From SAR86 cluster bacterium SAR86B (lineage in GTDB: Bacteria > Pseudomonadota > Gammaproteobacteria > Magnimaribacterales > D2472), in the NCBI GenBank assembly GCA_905182885.1, contig CAJJCW010000001.1:155282-219281 (forward strand): a DNA stretch of 64,000 bases, given 5' to 3'. This document shows, piece after piece, positions 31,873-43,139 of this stretch. The position numbers and the translations under genes were made by a program. The first letter of the stretch is position 1; every line of letters starts with the position of its first letter. The notes under the pieces are model-generated. The model searched no databases and was not told the DNA's origin. It saw only the letters and a list, made by a program, of their open reading frames with translations.

Positions 31873-32742
31873 TTACTCCTTATCTTTAAATTTACTTTCT
31901 ATCCAAGGAAAAATTGACGGCATGTCGCTGGATATTTTATTAGGATAATCTGCATTTCTCTTTTCTAAAAAAGACATAACTCCTTCAGCAGCATCTCCTG
32001 ATGAGCCTCTCGAATCAATAACTTTACTGTCTATTATGTGCGCTTCTTCTGGCGTTGACGTCGATGATAAACTCCACATCATCTGTCTGGTTAGCGCGAT
32101 TGAAACTGGGGAAGATTCTTTAATAAACTTGTTGGCTATTTGAATTGCTTTATCCATTAATTCATTTGGCTCTACCAGATATGAGACTAGGCCAGCTTCA
32201 TAGGCATCTGATGCATCAAATAACTCTCCTGAATAAGACCATTCTAAGGCTTTTGAAATGCCTACTATTTTTGGTAAAAACCAGCTAGAGCATGCGTCTG
32301 GAGCAATCCCTCTTTTGGCAAATGGAAAAGAAAACTTGCTTGATGTTGAAGCTATTCGTATATCAGCAGCAAGTTGCATGGTTGCTCCGACTCCAACTGC
32401 AGCTCCGTTACAAGCTACAACAATTGGCTTTAAACACCTGTACATTCTTAAGGTCAGAATGCCGCCAGAATCTCTTCTGAAATCTTCGGTATATTTTTTT
32501 GAATTATCGAACTCAGTATCAAAAGTTTTTTCTCCAGCTGAAAGATCGGCACCAGCGCAAAATGCCCTTCCAGCTCCTGCTAGGATTACAGCTCTTATGG
32601 AATCTTTTTTATCAATGTAATCAAATGCTTCAAGCATTTCACTAAGCATAACTTGATTGAAAGCATTTAGCTTTTCAGGCCTGTTGAGAGTAATTAACGC
32701 TAATGAATTTTTTTCAGTAAATATAATCGTTTCGAAGTTCAC
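31873..32742 (-). CDS. Crotonase/enoyl-CoA hydratase-isomerase family protein
   Basis: ITLNRPEKLNAF, AFCAGADL, NGAAVGVG, EGVMSFLEKR. Confidence 0.93.
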   Translation of the reverse strand: MNFETIIFTEKNSLALITLNRPEKLNAFNQVMLSEMLEAFDYIDKKDSIRAVILAGAGRAFCAGADLSAGEKTFDTEFDNSKKYTEDFRRDSGGILTLRMYRCLKPIVVACNGAAVGVGATMQLAADIRIASTSSKFSFPFAKRGIAPDACSSWFLPKIVGISKALEWSYSGELFDASDAYEAGLVSYLVEPNELMDKAIQIANKFIKESSPVSIALTRQMMWSLSSTSTPEEAHIIDSKVIDSRGSSGDAAEGVMSFLEKRNADYPNKISSDMPSIFPWIESKFKDKE

Positions 32743-32758
32743 ACTAAGTCACTAAATA

Positions 32759-33214
32759 TTAAAATGGAATATCATCATCCGTTAAACCTGTCCCTGAGTC
32801 ATCATCTTTTGGGAAAGGAGATTCTGATTGAGAACCCATTTGAGAGCCAGATCCCATGGAAGAATCAGAACCAGATGATCTTGATCCAAGCATAGTTAAT
32901 TCATTTCCTACAATTTCTGTAGTCCATCTGTCAGCGCCACTCTTGTCTTGCCATTTTCTAGTTTGAAGCTTGCCTTCTATGTAAACACTAGAGCCTTTAT
33001 CTAAATATTTTTCAACTATCTCGGCAAGTTTTCCAAAATAAACAACTTTATGCCATTCTGTTTTATCTCTCATCTCGCCACTTTCTTTATCTTTCCATGA
33101 CTCAGTAGTTGCAATGGAGATATTAGCTACAGCTGACTGAGTTGCTGTGTATCTCATTTCAGGTTTTTGACCTAAATTACCAACTAAAATTACTTTATTT
33201 ACGCCTCTACTCAT
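32759..33214 (-). CDS. ssb: Single-stranded DNA-binding protein
   Basis: [26 protein letters not shown]-terminal DDDIPF. Confidence 0.98.
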   Translation of the reverse strand: MSRGVNKVILVGNLGQKPEMRYTATQSAVANISIATTESWKDKESGEMRDKTEWHKVVYFGKLAEIVEKYLDKGSSVYIEGKLQTRKWQDKSGADRWTTEIVGNELTMLGSRSSGSDSSMGSGSQMGSQSESPFPKDDDSGTGLTDDDIPF

Positions 33215-33282
33215 ATTTACCTCTTATAATATTGTTAGAAGTTTAACCTAAATTAATTTTTTCATCACGGATTTTTTTTCAT

Positions 33283-36100
33283 ATGGATAGTATTTATATC
33301 AAAGGCGCTCGTACACATAATCTTAAAAATATTAGTCTTGAAATACCGAGAAACAAAATTGTTGTGATAACAGGCTTGTCAGGATCTGGTAAATCATCAC
33401 TAGCATTTGATACGATTTATGCTGAAGGTCAAAGAAGGTATGTTGAGTCTCTATCTACCTATGCTAGACAGTTTTTATCAATGATGGAAAAACCAGATGT
33501 AGATCAAATTGAAGGTCTATCACCAGCAATCTCAATAGAGCAGAAAGCAACTTCCCATAACCCAAGATCAACGGTAGGAACTGTAACTGAGATATATGAT
33601 TATCTAAGACTCTTATATTCAAGAATAGGCTCACCTATTTGCCCAGATCACAATGAAGAACTCAAAGCTAAAACTGTTTCTGAAATATGCGACGAGGTTT
33701 TAAAAATAAAAGAAGGCACTAAAATTATGATCTTATCTCCTCTTGTTAGAGGTAAAAAAGGAGAGCATTTAGCAATATATGAAGATCTTAGAAAAAGTGG
33801 ATATGTAAGAGTTAAAGTTAAATGGTGTTGTTTACCCTATTGAGGAATTTCCAGAACTAGAGAAAAATAAAAAGCATGATATCTCAGCAGTTATAGATCG
33901 ATTGGTAATAAAAGATGATGATGAGGATAGATCTAGATTGGCAGAATCAATAGAGACATCCTTAACTCTTTCTAACGGCTTGGTAGAAATTGAAAATTTA
34001 GACAAAAAGTTATCTTCATTATTTTCATCAAATTTCTCATGCTCTCAATGTGGTTATGCAATTGCTGAATTAGAACCAAGAATGTTTTCTTTTAATAACC
34101 CTTATGGCGCATGTACAAGATGTGATGGCCTTGGAGTAATTCAATACTTTAATGAGAAAAGATTAATACAAGATGATGATGTTTCTATTTCAAATGGAGC
34201 AATAAAGGGCTGGACAAGAAGAAATAGGTTCTATTTTTATCAGCTTAAATGTCTGGGTATTCATTATGACTTTAGCTTAACAACAAAATGGAAAGACTAC
34301 CCTCAAGATATAAAAGATATTATTTTATGGGGATCAAAAGACAAGGTTGATTTTTCTCATAGATTTAGAAGTGGAAGCAAGATAGTTCGTAAACATAAAT
34401 TTGAAGGAATAATACCTAGTACAGAAAGACGTTTTAAGGAGACTGATTCCGACTTCATAAGAGATGAGTTATCAAAACTTATGTCTAAAAGTTCTTGCGA
34501 TGAATGCGAGGGATCGAGACTAAATACACAATCAAGAAATGTTTTCATAAATAAAACTCCTATACATTCTATTACTGGAATGAGGATTAATGAAGCCCTG
34601 GATTTCACAACAAAAATGAAACTAGATGGTGCGAAAAAGAAGATAGCAGAAAAAATATTAAAAGAAATAACAGAAAGATTAACTTTTTTAGAAGATGTTG
34701 GTTTGAGTTACTTAACCCTTGAAAGAAGTGCTGAAACCCTTTCTGGTGGTGAGGCGCAGAGAATTAGGCTTGCCAGCCAAATAGGATCAGGGTTGGTGGG
34801 TGTAACTTATGTACTAGACGAGCCGTCTATTGGATTGCATCAAAGAGATAATGAAAAACTTATTAAAACTTTAAATAACCTTAAGAACTTAGGAAATACG
34901 GTAATTGTAGTTGAGCATGATGAGGAAGCCATTAGATGCGCAGATCATATAATTGATATTGGCCCTGGAGCTGGAAAGCATGGTGGTGAAATTTGTGCTG
35001 AAGGCACTCTAGAAGATATCTTAAAAAATAAAAACTCGATTACAGCTCAGTATTTATCTGGGGAGAGAGAAATTAAGATTCCTAAAAAACGAATGTCTCG
35101 AGGAAGTGAAAATATTAAGATTATTAATTCTTCGGAGAATAATTTACAAAATATTTCTGCTGAAATACCTGTTGGATTATTCACATGTATCACTGGGGTA
35201 TCGGGTTCAGGAAAATCCTCCCTAATCAACCAAACTCTACTTCCATTAAGTTCGTTTATGTTAAATAAATCAAAATTAACTAAAGAAATAAAGTGCGACA
35301 AGATAGAAGGGTTAGAATATTTAGATAAGGTAATTAGTATTGACCAATCGCCTATTGGAAGAACCCCCAGATCTAACCCTGCAACCTATACAGGTTTATT
35401 CTCTTATATTAGAGATCTTCTTACTCAGACAATTGAAGCAAAATCTAGAGGGTATAAGCCTGGAAGGTTTAGCTTTAATGTGAAAGGAGGAAGATGTGAG
35501 GCTTGCCAGGGTGATGGAATGATAAAAGTGGAGATGCATTTTCTAGCTGATGTTTATGTAAAGTGTGATATTTGTGAAGGCAAAAGGTATAACGAACAGA
35601 CATTAGAAGTAAGGTATAAAGGAAAAAATATAAGCGACATGCTTAATATGACTGTTGAAGAAGCTTTAGAATTCTTTCAAGCATTACCTGCAATTAAAAA
35701 GAAGCTAGCTACACTTAACGATGTTGGGCTTGGTTATATCACCCTAGGTCAGTCTGCTATCACTCTTTCTGGAGGAGAGGCTCAGAGAATAAAACTAGCT
35801 AAAGAGCTTTCAAAAAGAAGTACGGGCAAGACTTTGTTTGTTCTGGATGAGCCAACAACAGGCCTCCACTTTGCAGATATTGAGTTACTTTTAACAGTTC
35901 TGGAGAGACTAAAGAATCAAGGGAACACTGTTGTTGTTATAGAGCATAATCTTGATGTCATTAAAACGGCTGATTGGATTATAGATCTAGGTCCAGAAGG
36001 TGGGAGTGGTGGGGGTAAAATTATAGCTACAGGAACCCCTGAAGAGGTTGCTAAAGTTAGCAACTCCTTCACAGGTCAATATCTAGAGAAAATGCTTTAA
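33283..36100 (+). CDS. uvrA: Excinuclease ABC subunit A; one apparent frameshift at ~33820
   Basis: [16 protein letters not shown], two LSGGEAQR signatures, zinc fingers; removing one A restores [24 protein letters not shown]. Confidence 0.97.
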
Positions 36101-36101
36101 G

Positions 36102-36515
36102 TTAAGCTGCTGAGTCTTCTTTAAGTTCAGGTGTATCTGAGCTAGCAACATGATTAGTGTCTCTATCAACAAGCTCGATGTAAGCCATGTCAGCCTTATC
36201 ACCTGGTCTAAAACCAGCTTTAATAATTCTTGTATATCCGCCCTTTCTTTCTTTGGCGTTTACAGAGATCTCAGAAAATAACTTACCAACGGCAGCGTCG
36301 GATCTAAGTCTACTGAAAGCAAGTCTTCTATTAGCAACTGTATCTTCTTTGCCTAAAGTAATTAGCGGTTCAATAGTCTTTCTAAGCTCTTTAGCTTTTG
36401 GAAGAGTAGTTCTAATAATGTCCTGCTCAATCAAAGCAATTGCTAAGTTTTTTAATAATGCTTTTCTGTGAGAAGAATTCCTATTAAGTTTTCTTCCTGC
36501 TTTTCTATGTCTCAT
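36102..36515 (-). CDS. rplQ: 50S ribosomal protein L17
   Basis: [23 protein letters not shown]. Confidence 0.98.
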   Translation of the reverse strand: MRHRKAGRKLNRNSSHRKALLKNLAIALIEQDIIRTTLPKAKELRKTIEPLITLGKEDTVANRRLAFSRLRSDAAVGKLFSEISVNAKERKGGYTRIIKAGFRPGDKADMAYIELVDRDTNHVASSDTPELKEDSAA

Positions 36516-36518
36516 TTT

Positions 36519-37484
36519 TTATCCTACTGGTGGCCAATTGTCTACGTTCATACCTAGGGAAAGATTTTTAGATGCAAGTACATCTTTAATCTCATTAAGA
36601 GATTTTTTACCTAGATTCGGAGTTTTTAATAAATCAAATTCTGATCTGTGAATAAGATCACCGATTAAAAAGATACTTTCAGCTTTTAAACAATTAGTTG
36701 ATCTAACAGTAAGCTCAAGCTCTTCTATTGATCTTAATAGTATTGGATCGAAATCATTTTGATCTTTCTTAGCTTCTTGCTCGGCAATTGCGTCTAGGTC
36801 AACAAAAGCACTTAGCTGTTGTTGAAGAATGGTTGCTGAATGCTCAATAGCCATTTTTGGATCTAAAGTACCATCAGTTTCAAGCTCAATTATTAACTTA
36901 TCTAAGTCAGTTCTTTTTTCAAATCTTGCATTATCAACAGTATAAGAAACTCTTCTTACTGGGCTATATGAAGCATCCAATTTTAAAGCTCCAACGACTC
37001 TGTCTTCATCATCTCTCAAGTCTGCAGGCTCGTAACCTCTTCCAGTATTAACAGATAGTGTCATTTTAAGATTAACTTTATCTACGATAGTTGCAATATG
37101 AAAATCTTGATTAACAAGTTCAACATTTGCAGGTACAGTAAAAGAAGAAGCAAGGACATCACAAGGACCTGTTACATCTAGAACTATCTCTGCTGAATTA
37201 CCTTCAATAAGACTAACAGGCATATCTTTAATATTAAGAAGGATATTTATCACATCTTCTCTAACACCTTCAATAGTACTGTATTCATGGGATATACCGT
37301 CAATTGAAACGTCTGTTACAGCAGCTCCTGGCATAGAAGATAAAAGAATTCTTCTTAGCGCATTACCAAGCGTATGACCAAAACCTCTCTCTAAAGGCTC
37401 AAGTGTTACCTTGGATAAGTTAGGTGTAATATCGTCCACCTGTATTTCAGTTGGGACCAATAGATCTATTACTGATGTTTGCAT
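36519..37484 (-). CDS. rpoA: RNA polymerase alpha subunit
   Basis: [34 protein letters not shown]. Confidence 0.98.
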   Translation of the reverse strand: MQTSVIDLLVPTEIQVDDITPNLSKVTLEPLERGFGHTLGNALRRILLSSMPGAAVTDVSIDGISHEYSTIEGVREDVINILLNIKDMPVSLIEGNSAEIVLDVTGPCDVLASSFTVPANVELVNQDFHIATIVDKVNLKMTLSVNTGRGYEPADLRDDEDRVVGALKLDASYSPVRRVSYTVDNARFEKRTDLDKLIIELETDGTLDPKMAIEHSATILQQQLSAFVDLDAIAEQEAKKDQNDFDPILLRSIEELELTVRSTNCLKAESIFLIGDLIHRSEFDLLKTPNLGKKSLNEIKDVLASKNLSLGMNVDNWPPVG

Positions 37485-37507
37485 AGTTTTTCTCCGCCTT
37501 TAAAGTA

Positions 37508-38131
37508 TTATTTTGAGTAAAGCTCAACAATAAGATTTTCGTTAATTTCAGTACTAAGGTCTGTTCTATCTGGAACTGACTTAAATACACCTTTTAAATT
37601 TGCTTCATCGACTTCAATCCAATCACACTCTTCTCTTGTAGCGGCAATTTTAAGCGCTGAGGCTATCCTAAGATGACCTTTCTTGTTATCTCTAACTTGA
37701 ACCTCATCTCCTGCTTGCATTTGGTATGAAGGGATATTCACAACTTGCCCGTTAACTTTAAATGCTTTGTGTGAAACCATTTGTCTAGCTTCAGCCCTTG
37801 TTGAGCCAAAACCCATTCTGTATACGACATTATCCATTCTCTTTTCAAGTAGAGATAAAAGATTCTCACCTGTATTACCTTTAGATGAGGCTGCTTTTTT
37901 ATAATAATTTCTGAACTGCTTTTCAAGAACGCCATACATACGTCTAACTTTCTGTTTTTCTCTAAGCTGAAGTCCGTAATCTGAAAGTCTTCCTCTTCTT
38001 GCTCCAGCAGCAACTCCTGGAGGAGAATCCATATTACATTTTGATTCAATTGCTCTAATACCACTTTTCAAGAATAAGTCTGTTCCTTCTCTTCTTGAAA
38101 GTCTTAATGTAGGTCCTGTATATCTTGCCAT
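37508..38131 (-). CDS. rpsD: 30S ribosomal protein S4
   Basis: [20 protein letters not shown]. Confidence 0.98.
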   Translation of the reverse strand: MARYTGPTLRLSRREGTDLFLKSGIRAIESKCNMDSPPGVAAGARRGRLSDYGLQLREKQKVRRMYGVLEKQFRNYYKKAASSKGNTGENLLSLLEKRMDNVVYRMGFGSTRAEARQMVSHKAFKVNGQVVNIPSYQMQAGDEVQVRDNKKGHLRIASALKIAATREECDWIEVDEANLKGVFKSVPDRTDLSTEINENLIVELYSK

Positions 38132-38142
38132 TTGTTACTCCG

Positions 38143-38520
38143 TTAAACTCTTCGTTTTTTAGATGGACGACAACCGTTATGAGGAAGCGGTGTCACATCT
38201 GTAATACTTCTAATCTTTAATCCACATGAATTTAGAGATCTGATCGCAGACTCTCTACCTCCACCAGGGCCCTTAACTTTAACGTCTAAGTTAATCATGC
38301 CAAACTCTTTAGCTGCATTTCCAGCTTTATCAGCAGCAATCTGTGCTGCAAAAGGTGTACTTTTTCTTGAGCCCTTAAAGCCAGAACCGCCTGACGTTGC
38401 CCAGCATAAAGTGTTGCCTTGCTTATCAGTAATAGTAACGATTGTATTATTAAATGAAGAATGGATATGAGCCACTCCGTCAGTAACAATTTTCTTACCT
38501 TTTTTTCCTTTAACCGCCAT
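38143..38520 (-). CDS. rpsK: 30S ribosomal protein S11
   Basis: [24 protein letters not shown]. Confidence 0.98.
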   Translation of the reverse strand: MAVKGKKGKKIVTDGVAHIHSSFNNTIVTITDKQGNTLCWATSGGSGFKGSRKSTPFAAQIAADKAGNAAKEFGMINLDVKVKGPGGGRESAIRSLNSCGLKIRSITDVTPLPHNGCRPSKKRRV

Positions 38521-38521
38521 C

Positions 38522-38881
38522 TTATGATCCTCTCATTGGTTTTTTAGCACCTTTTCTAGTTCTAGCATTATTCTTTGTGTTCTGACCTCTAGTAGGTAAC
38601 TTTCTTCTATGTCTAATTCCTCTATAGCTACCAAGATCCATTAATCTTTTAATATTTTGACTAATATTCCTTCTAAGATCACCCTCTACAACATAAGTTC
38701 CGATAGCTGTTCTTAAGCTCTCAACCTCTTCTTCTGTAAGTTCAGAAAGTTTTCTTGTGTAATCTATTTTTAACTCTTCACAAATGTTTTGAGCTGTTTG
38801 TCTTCCGATTCCGAAAATGTGAGTTAGTGATATCTCAACATGTTTATTTTCTGGAATGTTTACTCCTGCGATCCTAGCCAT
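38522..38881 (-). CDS. rpsM: 30S ribosomal protein S13
   Basis: [30 protein letters not shown]. Confidence 0.98.
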   Translation of the reverse strand: MARIAGVNIPENKHVEISLTHIFGIGRQTAQNICEELKIDYTRKLSELTEEEVESLRTAIGTYVVEGDLRRNISQNIKRLMDLGSYRGIRHRRKLPTRGQNTKNNARTRKGAKKPMRGS

Positions 38882-38884
38882 ATT

Positions 38885-39001
38885 TTAACCTTGCCTTTGT
38901 TTATGTTTTTGGTCTGTTTTACAGATTACAAAAAGAACGCCATTACGACGTACAATTTTGCAATTTCTGCATATTTTCTTTACTGATGCTTTAACTTTCA
39001 T
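38885..39001 (-). CDS. rpmJ: 50S ribosomal protein L36, zinc-ribbon type (38 aa; missed by ORF track)
   Basis: Manual translation [38 protein letters not shown] between secY and rpsM. Confidence 0.97.
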   Translation of the reverse strand: MKVKASVKKICRNCKIVRRNGVLFVICKTDQKHKQRQG

Positions 39002-39002
39002 A

Positions 39003-40304
39003 TTACCTTTTATAGTTTTTTAGATTAGCTTTTTTCATTAACGATGAGTACTGAGTAGACATCATATGAGATTGAACTTGTGCCATAAAATCCATTAGAA
39101 CAACAACAATAATCAATACTGAAGTACCGCCAACCGAGATAGTTGGTGAGACTCCTGCGAAATTAATAAGCGCCAATGGAAGTAGGCAAATTAGTGTTAG
39201 GTATATAGCCCCGAAAACTGTAAGTCTTGCAAGAACGGCATCAATATAATTTGAAGTTTGTTCTCCTGGACGAATTCCAGCTATATATGCACCTGAGCGT
39301 TTTAAATTATCTGAAACTTCTCTTGTATTAAAAGTAAGAGCTAGCCATATAAAACAGAAACTAATAATAAGGCCTGCAAAAACTAAAATATATAAAGGTT
39401 GACCGGGATTAAGGGCTAATGAGAAAGTCTGTAAAAATCCAAGTGACTCACTCTGACCAAACCAAGTTGATAAGGATGCTGGAAATAATAAAAAAGTACT
39501 AGCAAAAATTGCAGGAATAACTCCAGCCATATTTACCTTAAACGGAAGATGACTTGTTTGAGCTTGCATTAACTTTCTGCCCTGCTGTCTCTGAGCATAA
39601 TTGACTGTAATTCTTCTTTGCCCTCTTTCGATAAAGACAACAACTGCTATAACAGCCATTGATAAAAGGCCAATTGCTATAAGAAGAAGAACACTTAAGT
39701 CTCCCTGTCTAGATTGCTCTAAAGCCTGACCTATTGAACCAGGTATACCAGTTAAAATACTAGTAGCAATAATGATTGAGATTCCATTTCCAATCCCTCT
39801 GTCTGATATCTGCTCACCTAACCACATTAAGAACATAGTTCCTGCAACAACAGAGAATACAGCTGAAATAAAGAATGAAGGACCAGGTGTATAAGCTAGA
39901 CCGCTCGCAGATAAAGTAACTGCTAAAGCAGAAGCTTGAATGAAAGCAAGAATGGCTGTTCCATATCTTGTGTACTGGGTAATAGTATTCCTTCCAGCTT
40001 GGCCATCTTTTTTTAGTTCTTGTAAGTAAGGAATCGAGTTTGAGAATAACTGCATAATAATTGCAGAAGATATGTAAGGAACAACGTTAAGAGCAAATAT
40101 ACTCATTCTCTCCAGTGCGCCACCAGAGAACAGATTGAACATTTCAATAATGGTTCCTTGATTCTGATCAAAAAGAGCAGCAAGCCTATCTGGATCTATT
40201 CCAGGTATAGGTATATGTGTTCCTATTCTATATACAAGAATAGCAACAAATACAAAGCGCAGTCTTCTCCAAAGATCGCTCATTCCTGTACCTTTATCGC
40301 TCAT
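39003..40304 (-). CDS. secY: Preprotein translocase SecY
   Basis: [45 protein letters not shown]. Confidence 0.98.
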   Translation of the reverse strand: MSDKGTGMSDLWRRLRFVFVAILVYRIGTHIPIPGIDPDRLAALFDQNQGTIIEMFNLFSGGALERMSIFALNVVPYISSAIIMQLFSNSIPYLQELKKDGQAGRNTITQYTRYGTAILAFIQASALAVTLSASGLAYTPGPSFFISAVFSVVAGTMFLMWLGEQISDRGIGNGISIIIATSILTGIPGSIGQALEQSRQGDLSVLLLIAIGLLSMAVIAVVVFIERGQRRITVNYAQRQQGRKLMQAQTSHLPFKVNMAGVIPAIFASTFLLFPASLSTWFGQSESLGFLQTFSLALNPGQPLYILVFAGLIISFCFIWLALTFNTREVSDNLKRSGAYIAGIRPGEQTSNYIDAVLARLTVFGAIYLTLICLLPLALINFAGVSPTISVGGTSVLIIVVVLMDFMAQVQSHMMSTQYSSLMKKANLKNYKR

Positions 40305-40307
40305 TTA

Positions 40308-40820
40308 TTATTCCGCAGCCTTTATTTTTTTAACAAATTTAGGTCTAGCAACTGGCTCTACAAAATCAGCAACAGTCCCGCCTGCTTTTTCTATAGACGC
40401 TTTTGCACCCTTGGTAACTCTTATTCCTTCAACATTTAATTTAGATTCAAGCTCAAAAATACCAAATATTTTTACTTTCTTAATTGATTTTGAAATAACT
40501 TTATGTTCTTTTAATGTATCTATGGTTACTAGCTCAAGACCTTCTATACCATTGATGTGTTTAACGTTTACTTCTTTCAAGTAATTATTAGTTCTTGAAG
40601 AGAAACCAAACTTTGGCAACCTCATTTGAAGCGGCATTTGACCACCCTCAAAACCTAGTCTAACTGATCCACCAGATCTAGATTTTTGTCCTTTATGACC
40701 TCTACCAGCTGTTTTACCAGTTCCAGATCCTATGCCTCTACCTACTCTTTTTCTATTCTGAGCAGTACCTTTACTTGAAAGGTTGTTTAGAGATAAATTA
40801 TTTGTTTCTTGTTCACTCAT
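40308..40820 (-). CDS. rplO: 50S ribosomal protein L15
   Basis: RVGRGIGSGTGKTAGRGHKGQKSRSG, FEGGQMPL. Confidence 0.97.
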   Translation of the reverse strand: MSEQETNNLSLNNLSSKGTAQNRKRVGRGIGSGTGKTAGRGHKGQKSRSGGSVRLGFEGGQMPLQMRLPKFGFSSRTNNYLKEVNVKHINGIEGLELVTIDTLKEHKVISKSIKKVKIFGIFELESKLNVEGIRVTKGAKASIEKAGGTVADFVEPVARPKFVKKIKAAE

Positions 40821-40822
40821 TT

Positions 40823-41011
40823 TTAGTTTTCCTGAATCTCAATCATGTCAGATATTTTATTAACCAAGCCTCTATTGCTTGGAGTATCTATGACAGTTAC
40901 TGTCTGGTTAAGTTTTTTAAAGCCGAGGCCTTTAATACAAAGCTTATGACGCTTCATTCTGCCAATTCCACTTTTAATTAACTTTATAGTCATTGTTTTA
41001 TCTTTAGTCAT
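40823..41011 (-). CDS. rpmD: 50S ribosomal protein L30
   Basis: KSGIGR, GLG, DTPSNRG; position between rpsE and rplO. Confidence 0.95.
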   Translation of the reverse strand: MTKDKTMTIKLIKSGIGRMKRHKLCIKGLGFKKLNQTVTVIDTPSNRGLVNKISDMIEIQEN

Positions 41012-41517
41012 TATGCTTGCTCAACCTTTTTCCCTCTTCTTGCAGCAACAGTCCCTGGAGACTCCATCGCGCTCAAAGCATTAATAGTGGCTCTAACAAC
41101 ATTTACAGGATTTGTAGATCCGTAACATTTTGCTAAAACATTTTGAACACCAGCTAACTCGAGCACCGCTCTCATAGCTCCACCAGCAATAATACCTGTA
41201 CCTTCTGAAGCTGGTTGCATGTATACATTAGCAGCACCAAACTTAGCTTTAACTGGATACCAAATAGTAGTGTTGTTTAACTCGACATCAACCATATTTC
41301 TTCTAGCATTTTCCATAGCTTTCTGAATTGCCATAGGTACTTCTTTAGACTTACCTCTACCAAAACCAACTTTGCCATTTCCATCACCAACAACTGTAAG
41401 GGCTGTAAAACCAAAGATTCTTCCACCTTTAACAACTTTAGCTACTCTGTTTACCTGAACTAGCTTCTCTTCAAGAGCATCAGTTTGTTGATTATTTGTT
41501 GTATTATTTTCTCTCAT
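41011..41517 (-). CDS. rpsE: 30S ribosomal protein S5
   Basis: [20 protein letters not shown]. Confidence 0.98.
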   Translation of the reverse strand: MRENNTTNNQQTDALEEKLVQVNRVAKVVKGGRIFGFTALTVVGDGNGKVGFGRGKSKEVPMAIQKAMENARRNMVDVELNNTTIWYPVKAKFGAANVYMQPASEGTGIIAGGAMRAVLELAGVQNVLAKCYGSTNPVNVVRATINALSAMESPGTVAARRGKKVEQA

Positions 41518-41524
41518 AATTTAA

Positions 41525-41872
41525 TTAAAACTCCAGACCTGCTTTTCTAGCTGAATCAGCTAGGGCTTTTATTCGGCCATGATATCTATATCCAGATCTA
41601 TCAAAAACCACTTTTGTAACTCCACTTTCAAGAGCTCTTTCAGCAACTCTTTTCCCGACAGTTTCAGCACCTTCAACATTGTTTGATTTAATTTTTAAAT
41701 CTTTTTCATTAGTAGAAGCTGAGGCTATAACCTTAGTTCCAAGACTATCGAAGATCTGAGCATAAAAATGCTTAGATGATCTATGAACTGTCAATCTTGG
41801 TGATTCTTGTTCTCTAATTTTCATTCTAGTTTTCGTAGCTCTTCTTATTCTTGATATATTCTTAATACTCAT
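41525..41872 (-). CDS. rplR: 50S ribosomal protein L18
   Basis: [23 protein letters not shown]. Confidence 0.98.
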   Translation of the reverse strand: MSIKNISRIRRATKTRMKIREQESPRLTVHRSSKHFYAQIFDSLGTKVIASASTNEKDLKIKSNNVEGAETVGKRVAERALESGVTKVVFDRSGYRYHGRIKALADSARKAGLEF

Positions 41873-41874
41873 TA

Positions 41875-42417
41875 CTATGCTCCAGCTGCTTTCTTGGCTT
41901 CTTTTCTTCTAACTACTTCATCAGAGTATCTAACACCCTTACCTTTATAAGGCTCAGGAGGTCTAAATGCTCTAATCTCTGCAGCAGCTTGCCCAAGGAT
42001 CTGTTTATTGAAACTTTTAAGCACTATTTCAGTATTTGAAGGAGTTTCTACCTCAACCTCTTCTGGAATTTGATAGCTAACAGGATGAGAAAAACCTAAT
42101 GTTAACTCAAGATGCTTACCTGTAGCTTTTGCTCTATAACCAACGCCTTTTAATTCTAATTTTTTTTCAAAGCCTTGTGACACTCCGACAATCATATTAT
42201 TAACAAGCGCTCTTGTTGTTCCGGCCAATGCTGCTGATTGTTGATTTTCAGTATCATATTGAACAGTTATAACATTATCATTTATTTCTAAGGAGACGGT
42301 TTCAGGAACATCAAATTTCATTGCTCCAATCTTGCCTTTAACATCTACAATGCTTCCCTCAAGATTGACAGTTACGCCATCAACAATTTGAATTGGGTTT
42401 TTTGCTACTCTAGACAT
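41875..42417 (-). CDS. rplF: 50S ribosomal protein L6
   Basis: [23 protein letters not shown]. Confidence 0.98.
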   Translation of the reverse strand: MSRVAKNPIQIVDGVTVNLEGSIVDVKGKIGAMKFDVPETVSLEINDNVITVQYDTENQQSAALAGTTRALVNNMIVGVSQGFEKKLELKGVGYRAKATGKHLELTLGFSHPVSYQIPEEVEVETPSNTEIVLKSFNKQILGQAAAEIRAFRPPEPYKGKGVRYSDEVVRRKEAKKAAGA

Positions 42418-42419
42418 AA

Positions 42420-42815
42420 TTAAAATACCTCACAAAGGACTTCGCCACCGACATTTTTAGCTTTCGCTTGCTTGTCAGTCATTAAACCTTGATTGGTAGT
42501 AACAATAAGAGCTCCTAGGCCATTTTTAACAGACTTAATATCTGAAGAAGCTGAGTATCTTCTTAGACTAGGCTTACTAATTCTTTTAATGCTCTTAATT
42601 GCTGGAGCTTCATTAAAGTACTTAAGTACTATCTTAATAGAAGGCTTTCCATCTTTTTCTGTTTTTTCACAACTTTTTAAATACCCTTCGGATATCAAAA
42701 TATTAACTAATTCATGCTTTAACTTAGAATAAGGCGCATCAACGTGAACCTTTCCACGCATTAAGCCATTACGTATTCTTGTTAAACAATCTGCTATAGG
42801 ATCTTGAAAACTCAT
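42420..42815 (-). CDS. rpsH: 30S ribosomal protein S8
   Basis: DPIADCLTRIRN, RISKPSLR, GGEVL. Confidence 0.98.
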   Translation of the reverse strand: MSFQDPIADCLTRIRNGLMRGKVHVDAPYSKLKHELVNILISEGYLKSCEKTEKDGKPSIKIVLKYFNEAPAIKSIKRISKPSLRRYSASSDIKSVKNGLGALIVTTNQGLMTDKQAKAKNVGGEVLCEVF

Positions 42816-42824
42816 AATATTATA

Positions 42825-43130
42825 TTACCAACTTGATTTAACTAAACCTGGGATATCGCCTCTCATAGCTGCTTCTCTTAGCTTTATTCTGCTAAGTCCA
42901 AACTTTCTATACACAGCATGCGGTCTTCCAGTTACCTGACATCTTCTTACAACTCTTGAAGGGCTAGAGTTTCTTGGAAGTTTCTGTAACTTAACAGAAG
43001 CCTCATACCTCTCTTCACTCGTTGCTTTTTCATCGTTCATTATTGCTTTTAGGCTTACTCTTTTATCAGCAAACTTAGCAACTGTTTTAATTCGTTTAAC
43101 TTCTCTTGCGATCATTGATTTTTTTGCCAT
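42825..43130 (-). CDS. rpsN: 30S ribosomal protein S14 (long, zinc-independent type)
   Basis: [30 protein letters not shown]. Confidence 0.98.
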   Translation of the reverse strand: MAKKSMIAREVKRIKTVAKFADKRVSLKAIMNDEKATSEERYEASVKLQKLPRNSSPSRVVRRCQVTGRPHAVYRKFGLSRIKLREAAMRGDIPGLVKSSW

Positions 43131-43139
43131 TTCTAATAC

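Noticed and set aside
4279-33825. Split bamA, rseP, dapB, dnaK and uvrA as true pseudogenes or programmed frameshifts
   Set aside because: Essential or highly conserved genes with otherwise intact sequence; no slippery heptamer or stimulatory structure at the breaks; better explained as consensus artefacts
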